Origin: a virus
IMG/VR virus record: IMGVR_UViG_3300012189_000003
Span: 1 to 45,326 of that record
Direction: 5' to 3' (one strand)
DNA length: 45,326 nucleotides
The notes under the pieces are model-generated. The model searched no databases, was not told the DNA's origin, and saw nothing but the letters and a program-made list of their open reading frames with translations. Positions within the stretch are counted from its first letter, which is position 1, and the number at the start of each line of letters is the position of its first letter. The position numbers and the translations under genes are program-made. Below are positions 38,472-45,326 of this stretch, piece by piece.

Positions 38472-39677
38472 TTGAGTTTCGCGGCATTTTGCAAAGAGTT
38501 CGATGACGGGATGCTCCAGGCGGCGAAGTCCTTCAAGGATGAGGAACAGCGGGGCTGCATGTCCTATCAGTTCGCCGCCGCCCGGGCGCGAGAGCAGGGT
38601 TTCTACCCCGAGGAAGCGGTTCTCCAGAAACGCGAGCAGCAATACCTCAAGAAGTTCGGCGTCCCCGAATGGGCGGAAGACCGGGGCCGCAAAGTGAAGG
38701 CGCACGCGCGCGACTCCTGGTGCATCGAGGAGTACTTCCGCCAACACAAGGTCCAGATGGAAGGCCCACTGGCTGATTCGGTGGAGAAAGCCTTCCAGGT
38801 TGTCCCCGCCGAGTTGACGGTCTTCCCCTTCTTCTGGGACACGCAAATTGTGGAGGGCATTCTTGCCGTCCCACTGCTCGACATCCTGGTCATGGATACG
38901 GTGACCGTTGCCTCGGGCACGGCGGTCCACGCGGTGATGAACGAGCGGCTGACCGACCGGCAAATGGGGGAAACGGGCGAATTCGCAACGATGCAGGAGG
39001 TGAACATCACCTCCAGTGAGAGCGCCGTCAAGCTGAAGAAGTTCGGGGGCCTGGTGACCGTCTCCGATGAAGCGCTGCGGCGGCAGCGGATCCCGATCTT
39101 CTCGCGGGGCATCGCCCGGGTCGGCCGGCAGATCGGCATCGACATGACCGACCTCGCCGTCGACATTGTCATCAACGGGGACCTCGCCTTCGGCGGCCTG
39201 AACGACTCGCTGGCCAACCAGAGCCCCTCGCAGTCGGTAGCCGCCGCGGTGGCCGGCTCGCCCACTTACTCCGACTATGTGAACGTCTACATGACGTTTC
39301 CCATCGGCTATGAAGCCAGTGACGGGGTACTCACGCGCAGCGGCATCAAGAAGATGCTCGTTGTCCCCGAGTTCAAAGATCCGCTCGCCGGCTTCAAGTT
39401 CCAGAATCAGGCCATCTTGCCGGAAGCGTTCGGCCTGGGCACGCACCGCTGGGACAGCGCCGGCTCCTCGACGTGGAACCCGAGCACGGTGGGCACGGGC
39501 ACCAGCTACCTCGTCGTGCAGCGGCAGCGGGCCTTGATCCTCTACCAAGAGGGCGGGCTGGTCACCGAGAGCGACCGGGATGTCCGGTCACAGACCACGG
39601 TGGTCTCGACGAATTGGTATCTGATATTTTCGATTTTTGACCGGCTTGCCGCGGTAGTCGGCACGGGCTTCGCTTGA
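38472..39677 (+). CDS. Major capsid protein, HK97-fold type (401 aa; TTG start, alternative ATG 38511)
   Basis: Position after protease and decoration genes, size, and central KLKKFGGLVTVSDEALRRQ-type motif. Confidence 0.75.
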   Translation: MSFAAFCKEFDDGMLQAAKSFKDEEQRGCMSYQFAAARAREQGFYPEEAVLQKREQQYLKKFGVPEWAEDRGRKVKAHARDSWCIEEYFRQHKVQMEGPLADSVEKAFQVVPAELTVFPFFWDTQIVEGILAVPLLDILVMDTVTVASGTAVHAVMNERLTDRQMGETGEFATMQEVNITSSESAVKLKKFGGLVTVSDEALRRQRIPIFSRGIARVGRQIGIDMTDLAVDIVINGDLAFGGLNDSLANQSPSQSVAAAVAGSPTYSDYVNVYMTFPIGYEASDGVLTRSGIKKMLVVPEFKDPLAGFKFQNQAILPEAFGLGTHRWDSAGSSTWNPSTVGTGTSYLVVQRQRALILYQEGGLVTESDRDVRSQTTVVSTNWYLIFSIFDRLAAVVGTGFA

Positions 39678-39679
39678 TG

Positions 39680-39702
39680 AGCGCCGCTCGAAAGCGGCGG
39701 CT
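39680..39702 (+). terminator. Hairpin just after the capsid gene
   Basis: GCCGCT cgaa AGCGGC (39683..39698), with extended imperfect flanks. Confidence 0.4.
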
Positions 39703-39801
39703 GGCCCGCCGCTGCGTCCGGCGCTTACCGCACGGGCAACAAAGAGCGAGGGCCTGGCGGAAGCAGGGCTCGCGCGCCCGCACGGGATTCCCTAAGAGCT
39801 G

Positions 39802-40329
39802 ATGGCACTCCCTGTAACCGCTGCCGCCGTGCGACGCCGCGGGGCCTTGACGCCCCAGCTGTTCAACCTGACGGTCTCTAGCGACCTGGATGCGCTCTGC
39901 GACGAACAGATTCTTTTTGCCGATGCCTGGATGCGCGTGCATCTGGGACCGCAGCACTACGGGCTCGCGGACCCCGCTTCCGCCACGCTGCAGGAAGAAG
40001 GACAAGCGTGTCTCGCGCTCGAACGACTGACGGACATCCTCAAGGCACAGAAGGCGTACGGGACCCACTTCCCGTACGTCAGCGAAGACAGCCCCGCGTA
40101 TCAGGCGCTGATCGACCTGAACTGGGGCGAGAAAGCGATGGCCGCACTCGATACCTGGGTGACGACCGAAGCCGGCGGAAACCGGGCCTTCGCCATGCCC
40201 CTGCTGCTCGTTACCTCGGGCCCCAGCCGCACCGACCCGGGGATTAAGAGCCAGACGGAGCAATTGTCAGAGGAGCTTGACTTCGCGCGTGGGATCAGCA
40301 ACCCGGACCAAGGCACCGTTCGGAAGTAA
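39802..40329 (+). CDS. Putative head-tail adaptor/connector (175 aa)
   Basis: Track ORF; call based on position after the capsid gene. Confidence 0.45.
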   Translation: MALPVTAAAVRRRGALTPQLFNLTVSSDLDALCDEQILFADAWMRVHLGPQHYGLADPASATLQEEGQACLALERLTDILKAQKAYGTHFPYVSEDSPAYQALIDLNWGEKAMAALDTWVTTEAGGNRAFAMPLLLVTSGPSRTDPGIKSQTEQLSEELDFARGISNPDQGTVRK

Positions 40330-40409
40330 GCTAACCTGAGAAACACCCCGGCGTCGGCATGGGCCAGCGCCCCTGACCTCCGCGCGGGCGGAGGGATCGC
40401 GAGGCTTCT

Positions 40410-40694
40410 ATGGAGGAGTCCAAAATCAGCCGGGCTGTCGCGGAGACAGCCGCGCGAGCCCTCAAAGAAGAGACAGATCGGTGGCTGCCCCAGCCCAAGG
40501 GCCTCCCCGCCGTGGGGCAGCGCGTGCGACTGATCGGCACGCACCCCTGGGCCGGATCTGTGGGGACCGTCCGCAGTCACGAAGGGATCCCCTGGGCGAA
40601 CTCACTACACCAGGCGGCTATCATCGACCTGGAAGACGCCGCGGGTCTGGTTGCCGAGGTCTTCGGCGCCCAGGATTGGCAGGCGCTCGAATGA
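40410..40694 (+). CDS. Hypothetical head-tail region protein (94 aa)
   Basis: Track ORF; GCGAGG SD. Confidence 0.5.
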   Translation: MEESKISRAVAETAARALKEETDRWLPQPKGLPAVGQRVRLIGTHPWAGSVGTVRSHEGIPWANSLHQAAIIDLEDAAGLVAEVFGAQDWQALE

Positions 40695-41107
40695 CCGCCG
40701 TGCAGTATGCCCGTGCCTGGGAGCGGCGCCACCGCGATTTCGAGGGTTCCTTGAAGCGGGAGTTCGCCTCGCTGGGTCAGCTCGCTCTCGCCGTCGACGA
40801 GCGGCTCCTCTCTGAAGAGATCTACAGCAAGCCCGAAGACGTGACGAGCATGGGGCGCATGAAGTGGCGCCGCACGAACTTCCTGGCGGCCATGGAGACC
40901 ATGCGCATGGAAGAGGGCGGCACGCGGATCGTGATCGACAACCTGGCCCCCTATGCCGAGCCGCGCCACGAAGCGAATAAGCCGGGCAGGCGCCGGATCA
41001 ACCCCATGCGGACTGCCCACTGGCGGGACGACCTGCTGCTCGTGCTGGGGTCCGTCGTGACCGAGCGGCTGCAGCGCGTCAAGGCGCGGGTGTTGAGAGC
41101 AACGTAG
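40691..41107 (+). CDS. Putative HK97 gp10-like head-tail joining protein (138 aa)
   Basis: Internal ATG 40691 of track ORF 40481..41107 (ATGA coupling); VIDNLAPYAEPRHEANKPG resembles the gp10-family core. Confidence 0.45.
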   Translation: MTAVQYARAWERRHRDFEGSLKREFASLGQLALAVDERLLSEEIYSKPEDVTSMGRMKWRRTNFLAAMETMRMEEGGTRIVIDNLAPYAEPRHEANKPGRRRINPMRTAHWRDDLLLVLGSVVTERLQRVKARVLRAT

Positions 41108-41552
41108 ATGCTGCGCGGCGCTTTTTCCAATAGCAGCGGCGACCGCCGAGACGCCGGCAAATCCGGCACCCGCGCTTGCCCGTCGTTTTTTGAACGTAGG
41201 TATTGGCGGCCTCATAGGGATGCCCCGCCGGGCAGTGGGCAGCGCGCAAGTTCTTGCCTACCGGACTATCATGCTGTTTCAAATGCTCCCGAGCGCTCAC
41301 TGCTTGCAGGTGCTCGGGAAGACAGCACCGGCGATTTCCACAGCGGTGGTGGATGTGATGCTTGACGGGAATAGGGCCTACCCACAGCTCATAAGCCAAC
41401 CGATGAGTGAGAAAGTGCCGGGCGGTTTCCTTCGTTCCGCCTCCCATGGCAAACTGTCCATATCCCAGCGCGGTAATTGCGCCTGTCCATTCCCAGCAGC
41501 CGCCCTCGCTCCCGCGCAAGTCTCTCCGCAAGCGTTCCTCTTCTCTGCTCAT
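41079..41552 (-). CDS. HNH homing-endonuclease-like protein (157 aa)
   Basis: CWEWTGAITALGYG...HRLAYELWVGPIP...HIHHRCGNRRCCLPEHL plus CPAGHP...CRICRR. Opposite strand, between connector and tail tube genes. Confidence 0.85.
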   Translation of the reverse strand: MSREEERLRRDLRGSEGGCWEWTGAITALGYGQFAMGGGTKETARHFLTHRLAYELWVGPIPVKHHIHHRCGNRRCCLPEHLQAVSAREHLKQHDSPVGKNLRAAHCPAGHPYEAANTYVQKTTGKRGCRICRRLGGRRCYWKKRRAASTLLSTPAP

Positions 41553-41603
41553 CAGGCACTGTTTAATTTCTCTGCCACTTACTCCTTCATGAGGTGAAAG
41601 AAA

Positions 41604-42107
41604 ATGCCGAGGTTAGCTGGCAAGCAGGGCGCCGTTTATATAGGGGCCAACCGTGTGGCTGACATATACAATATCACCCTGGAGATGGAGTTGGAGCTGG
41701 CGGAAGCCGGGGTAAAGCTGGAGGTCCATGAGGTCTACGTCCCCGGCCGGGTCACGAGCCGCCTGACTGGCGAGCGTTACATCACCGATTCGACCGACAC
41801 CGTCTATGCGGGATCCAACCCCCTGTCGGGGGGAAGTGTCATGGGCCAGGAGTTCTTCTATCTTCAACCCCACGCCGGCACTACCGCCGCCGTGGCCCCT
41901 GGGGCCGGGATGGCGCCCCTGGGTAACCACTTTATCGGCGCAACGGTGACGTGGACGTTCTATACGATCAATACAGTGACAAACCAGGGCTTCTTTGTGA
42001 CCGGGGAGGGCTTCCTCGAACGGGTGACCATGCAGAACCCCCGCGGCGCGGCCTCGGAAGTTTGGGAGATCCGCAACACGAACGCAGCCCCGCTGATAAG
42101 GAACTGA
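41604..42107 (+). CDS. Major tail (tube) protein (167 aa)
   Basis: GAGGTGA SD. The N-terminal LAGKQGAVYIGANRVADIYNITLEME pattern and its position upstream of chaperones and tape measure support the call. Confidence 0.65.
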   Translation: MPRLAGKQGAVYIGANRVADIYNITLEMELELAEAGVKLEVHEVYVPGRVTSRLTGERYITDSTDTVYAGSNPLSGGSVMGQEFFYLQPHAGTTAAVAPGAGMAPLGNHFIGATVTWTFYTINTVTNQGFFVTGEGFLERVTMQNPRGAASEVWEIRNTNAAPLIRN

Positions 42108-42108
42108 G

Positions 42109-42648
42109 ATGCGTCCCTCCAGGCCTTCGCAAAGCGAGCAACAAGCAGCCATTGCCCTGCTGCAGCAGCAGCAGCCCGGCGTTTTCCCTGGGAGCGCGAC
42201 GACGCGGCTCCACGGACGTTATGCGACGCTTTCGCTGGACTATGTTTCGCCGCAGGCCCTCCCGGCGGACCTGTTCTGCTTCCATTGGGAAATCGAAGTC
42301 ATGCAGGAGTTCGCCGATGCTACCGCACACGGAGACTTCTGGCGCGTGCGGCTGCCGCTTACGCAGGATTGGCAGGGGCGCGTCCAAGGGTACTTCACGC
42401 GCGCGGCGGCGGCCAGTTACCTGTCTGGAATGGCGGACAACCTCCGGAGCGGGGGGATAGGAGCGGACCCGAAACCTCTGACCCTGACTCTCTACCCCGG
42501 CGAGGGCAGCACCACTGCCTTCTTCGTGGGAACCTGCTACGGGCAGCGAGGGAGAGTATTAGCCCCCATGGCGATGGTGACCCAGGAGATCGAATTGGTG
42601 TCGGCGCAGGTGCCGGCCGTGATCCTGGGCGTCGTGGCGCCGACATGA
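42109..42648 (+). CDS. Second tube-like / tail structural protein (179 aa)
   Basis: Track ORF; similar size and layout (W.I....D.T...W....W.G) to the preceding gene. Confidence 0.45.
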   Translation: MRPSRPSQSEQQAAIALLQQQQPGVFPGSATTRLHGRYATLSLDYVSPQALPADLFCFHWEIEVMQEFADATAHGDFWRVRLPLTQDWQGRVQGYFTRAAAASYLSGMADNLRSGGIGADPKPLTLTLYPGEGSTTAFFVGTCYGQRGRVLAPMAMVTQEIELVSAQVPAVILGVVAPT

Positions 42649-43070
42649 CGACCGATCGCCGCATCTACAATCCCCAGGCGCCGGCGCAGTGGCAGCCGGT
42701 GAAGGAATGGGTGGAACTGGCGGACGGCGCGTGGATCTGCGTCTGGGAGCTGTCTGTTGCCGAAAGCTTCGCGGTAGCCGAAGCCGCGCGCCGGCATCCC
42801 CGCGACCCGCGACCCGGTCCCAACGAGCAGGAAGCCGCGCTCTGGCTCCTGGCGCATTCTTGCCGCCGAGGCGATGGCACGCCCGACGCGCCAGACACCT
42901 CCCGTGTCTGGAATGACATGGAGATCGGCAAGATTATGGCGCTCGCTCCTGCTGACTTCGGCCGGCTACTGATCGCGGCACGGGGCCTGGTCGAGCCAGA
43001 GGAAGTGAAAGAGAAAGAGGACGGCGAAGGGGATTTTCCGCCGCCCCGCTCGGGGCGGGGGACGAAATGA
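42645..43070 (+). CDS. Tail assembly chaperone (gpG-like, 141 aa)
   Basis: Internal ATG 42645 of track ORF 42285..43070; acidic C-terminus; position before the tape measure. Confidence 0.55.
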   Translation: MTTDRRIYNPQAPAQWQPVKEWVELADGAWICVWELSVAESFAVAEAARRHPRDPRPGPNEQEAALWLLAHSCRRGDGTPDAPDTSRVWNDMEIGKIMALAPADFGRLLIAARGLVEPEEVKEKEDGEGDFPPPRSGRGTK

Positions 43071-43228
43071 CCTGGTGGTGTATCGAGCACCTCCACCGGC
43101 TGCCCCAGGAGCTGCATGAGATCGGAGCCGGGGCGCTGGCGCGCGCGCTGAGCGGGTACGGACGGGTAAGCGCGTTGCTCTCGGAGCGAGCGGAGGAAGA
43201 AGCGCGGGGCCGAATGGGAGGCGCGTGA
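43067..43228 (+). CDS. Small ORF in the -1 frame relative to the chaperone (gpT-like position, 53 aa)
   Basis: ATGA overlap at 43067..43070. The -1 frame stays open upstream into the chaperone 3' end. Ends 3 nt before the tape-measure ATG. Confidence 0.45.
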   Translation: MTWWCIEHLHRLPQELHEIGAGALARALSGYGRVSALLSERAEEEARGRMGGA

Positions 43229-43231
43229 GGA

Positions 43232-44428
43232 ATGCCTGACAGCGCGAGCACGGATCGCCTGACCACGATAATAGAGATGCTGGGCGCCGAGGAAAGCGCC
43301 CGACGTTTGCTCGGCGTGGCGCGAGCGTCCCGGGAAACAGAAGCTTCGCTCTCGCGGCTCACGACCCGTCTCCAGATCATGCCGGGTTTGCTCGCCCGCT
43401 TCAATGCGGGGGCGGCGTTCTCTGCCGGCGGTCTGGCAGTATTCGCTTCTTCGGCCTTGCTCGCGGTCAGCGCCCTGCGGCAAGTAGGGCAACTCATCGG
43501 CGAGGGAATGCGGACATGGGACGGCTACAATCAGGCGCTCACGCGTGCCCTGGTGCTCTACCATAATGCCGGTCGGAATGCTTCCGCCGCGGGGCTGGCG
43601 GGCATGGCGCGCGAGCGCCTGTTCGCCCTGGGGATACCGGAAGAGAAAACGCTGGGGCTCGCGGGTCAGATGGCGGAGCGCGGCTTCTCTCCCCAGCGCA
43701 TTTCTCAATTACTGCCCTCCCTCCAGGAAGCGGAATTAGGGGGAGGCATGGCCTCGCAGCGCCTCATGAATCTGATGCTCCGCATCATCCAGCGACCGGT
43801 AGTGATCGGGCGCGGGGCCGGCGGGGCCGGCGGCGGGCGGGGCGCCACGACCCTGGCTTCCCAGCTCGGTATCACCATGCGCTTCACGGGCGACACGGAG
43901 CGCGACCTGACGCGGTTGACGGAAGCGATCCACGACAAGTTCGGCGGCGTGGCGGAAGCCCTGGCCGCGACGGCTTCCGGTGTCCACGAGCGGTATACGA
44001 TCCTGCTGACGGCGGCTCTGGGGCGGCTCGGCGGTCTGGTGGAAGTGGGGCTGGTGCCCGCCCTGGAGGGGCTCAATCGGGTTTTGGCGCCCTTCATCGT
44101 CGGCAGTGACTTCGTGACCGGGAGGACCCAGGCAGGTGCCGGTTGGGCGGGAGAGCTTTACCTGCGTGGCTTACAGAGCGGCGCGCGTCTAATCGGTCTC
44201 TACTCGGTCGCCGGTTGGGCAGGCAGTATGCTCAACCAGCGGGAGAACGACCGACGGTTGGGACGCCTGGGGGGTGGCAAGACGGAAGACGACATCCACA
44301 AGATAATGCTCAATACCGCCCAGATGGCCGGCGCCATGAGTCAGGTCCTCTTCGGGCATGCCAGCGCGTTTACGCAAGGCGCCTTCTCCTTTAGCGAATT
44401 GAACAGAGCGATCGCCTTCCGCACTTGA
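43232..44428 (+). CDS. Tape measure protein (398 aa)
   Basis: Ala/Gly/Leu-rich helical protein with a hydrophobic segment and a Gly-rich stretch; position after the chaperones. Confidence 0.65.
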   Translation: MPDSASTDRLTTIIEMLGAEESARRLLGVARASRETEASLSRLTTRLQIMPGLLARFNAGAAFSAGGLAVFASSALLAVSALRQVGQLIGEGMRTWDGYNQALTRALVLYHNAGRNASAAGLAGMARERLFALGIPEEKTLGLAGQMAERGFSPQRISQLLPSLQEAELGGGMASQRLMNLMLRIIQRPVVIGRGAGGAGGGRGATTLASQLGITMRFTGDTERDLTRLTEAIHDKFGGVAEALAATASGVHERYTILLTAALGRLGGLVEVGLVPALEGLNRVLAPFIVGSDFVTGRTQAGAGWAGELYLRGLQSGARLIGLYSVAGWAGSMLNQRENDRRLGRLGGGKTEDDIHKIMLNTAQMAGAMSQVLFGHASAFTQGAFSFSELNRAIAFRT

Positions 44429-44469
44429 GCCTCCTTGTGCGGCCGGAAGCAGGAGAAAAGGGCCGCCGG

Positions 44470-44754
44470 TCATGGGGCCAACCCAAACACAGAGCAGGCC
44501 TGCTCCAGACGGAGGCTGTAGGAGGAATTACGCTTCGCGGCCTTCTCCGACCACCGGTAGCGGTGGGCCGGGAAGACCTCTGCTTGATCGATCAGGCCCA
44601 GTTGAACCAATTTCAGTGTGTGAGCGCGGACGGTGCGCGGCGCAACCCCGGGGAGCAAAGCGGTAATCTCCCTGTTCGTCAACCACCGCTGCGGCTGCCC
44701 CTTCAAGGCCAGATAGACCCGGACCTCGTGGAGCGATACCTCATTTCGTTCCAT
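44470..44754 (-). CDS. Winged-helix (MarR/ArsR-like) DNA-binding protein (94 aa)
   Basis: AGGAGG 6 nt before ATG 44754 (inside track ORF 44470..44841); NREITALLPGVAPRTVRAHTLKLVQLGLI is an HTH-plus-wing pattern. Confidence 0.65.
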   Translation of the reverse strand: MERNEVSLHEVRVYLALKGQPQRWLTNREITALLPGVAPRTVRAHTLKLVQLGLIDQAEVFPAHRYRWSEKAAKRNSSYSLRLEQACSVFGLAP

Positions 44755-44772
44755 GGCGTTCCTCCTGGCTTT

Positions 44773-44801
44773 ATTATACCAGGGTGCGCCATCCTGCGCC
44801 A
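44773..44801 (-). promoter_or_regulatory. Perfect -10 (TATAAT) with a tandem TGGCGCA repeat over the -35 position
   Basis: The plus strand shows attata at 44773..44778 and TGCGCCA at 44785..44791 and 44795..44801. Confidence 0.5.
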
Positions 44802-44852
44802 CATTATGCCAGTCTAACCGTACCCTGGCCCGCTGCCGCAAGGAGGTAACCC

Positions 44853-45326
44853 ATCGCTCCGTTCGCGCTCACCTTCGACGCCCAGATCCCGTCCGCAAAC
44901 GAGCCGGGCTATTTCCACCGCTACGACTCGAACGCGATCGTCCGCGACCTGAACGCCAAGCTCGATGGCGTCTCGCCGCAGGGGCTCTGGCACGATCGCG
45001 CGGCTTACGTGATCATGCTCAAGCCGGAGCAGCTCGATCACGGCTGGCTGAACACGAGCGAGCAGCTTCCCTACATTATCCGGCTCGCGGACTTCCAGGC
45101 GAACCCCGCCAACGTGAGCAGCGTCAAGCTGTTCGAGGCGAACCTCGACCAGAACCCGAATAACCCGTTCATCCATCACACCCCGCTGTCGCCGCTCTCG
45201 CCGATCGTCTGGGTGAATGCTCCCGAGCAGCTTCCCCATATCCCCGATATCGAGCCCCAGGCGCAGGATTCTTCGCTCTTGACCGCGGCTCCCCACGCGA
45301 GAAGAGAAGACTTCCCTGGCGTCGTG
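44853..45326 (+). CDS. 5' part of the junction-spanning tail gene; probable ATC start
   Basis: AAGGAGG (44840..44846), in-frame TAA (44847..44849), ATC at 44853. The 53 codons before the first GTG (45009) have about 89% GC3 by hand count. Confidence 0.7.
   Translation, partial: MAPFALTFDAQIPSANEPGYFHRYDSNAIVRDLNAKLDGVSPQGLWHDRAAYVIMLKPEQLDHGWLNTSEQLPYIIRLADFQANPANVSSVKLFEANLDQNPNNPFIHHTPLSPLSPIVWVNAPEQLPHIPDIEPQAQDSSLLTAAPHARREDFPGVV
45204..45326. repeat. Terminal overlap, identical to 1..123
   Basis: Direct comparison of the window ends. Confidence 0.95.

Noticed and set aside
38294-38560. Gly-rich collagen-like coding sequence (GSGVRGEGSGIRGQ) in the repeat element
   Set aside because: It arises from reading the (TGACCCC)n repeat on the minus strand. 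There is no start or SD context, and it overlaps the intergenic inverted repeat.
1-45326. tRNA, rRNA or tmRNA genes
   Set aside because: No cloverleaf-compatible segment or conserved T-loop/anticodon-stem pattern was noticed in the intergenic regions. This was a visual scan only, so a tRNAscan-type search is still advisable.

Overview
The window is a complete phage genome. Bases 1..123 are identical to 45204..45326, so the unit is 45,203 bp and either closes as a circle or carries a terminal redundancy. It is a high-GC tailed dsDNA phage (GC judged by eye) with an HK97-type head and a siphovirus-like tail. I saw no rRNA, tRNA, CRISPR array, integrase or reverse transcriptase.

Modules, in order:
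- 1..9030 (continuing from 44853 across the junction): tail, baseplate and fibre region. It includes a BNR/Asp-box propeller protein, a fibre, a 3-gene minus-strand secreted-protein cassette and a leaderless HNH gene.
- 9073..14619: small ORFs plus a papain-like C1 peptidase and a YkuD-fold enzyme.
- 14634..23357: early and replication genes, arranged around divergent sigma70-like promoters that carry GTCAA-N7-TTGAC palindromes. Genes include an excisionase-like HTH, a possible annealing protein, a Prim-Pol/helicase, an iteron-rich noncoding region, a minus-strand operon with a SWIM protein, and a ParB-DNA methyltransferase fusion.
- 23361..29118: packaging (HNH, terS, terL, portal).
- 29340..36492: accessory block. 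It contains a structured leader, Pro-rich small ORFs, a 924-aa repeat protein, a LamG protein, a degenerate Nudix, an HTH and a secreted CHAP hydrolase.
- 36603..44428: protease/scaffold, decoration protein, major capsid, connectors, a second HNH, two tube-like proteins, chaperones and a tape measure.
- 44470..44754: a winged-helix gene on the minus strand.

Most unusual observations:
1. Five loci where a diverged 'ghost' copy of a gene terminus flanks an inserted small-ORF cassette. The differences between copies are almost all synonymous.
2. At least three well-supported genes have strong Shine-Dalgarno sites but only ATC or CTG available as start codon, so ATG/GTG/TTG callers miss or truncate them.
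3. Two homologous G-tract/C-tract inverted-repeat elements that have both G-quadruplex and long-hairpin potential.
4. An iteron plus (CG)n plus AT-rich region next to the primase.
5. Back-to-back -35 palindromes at three regulatory regions.

All functional calls rest on motifs read by eye and on gene order. No database search was run.
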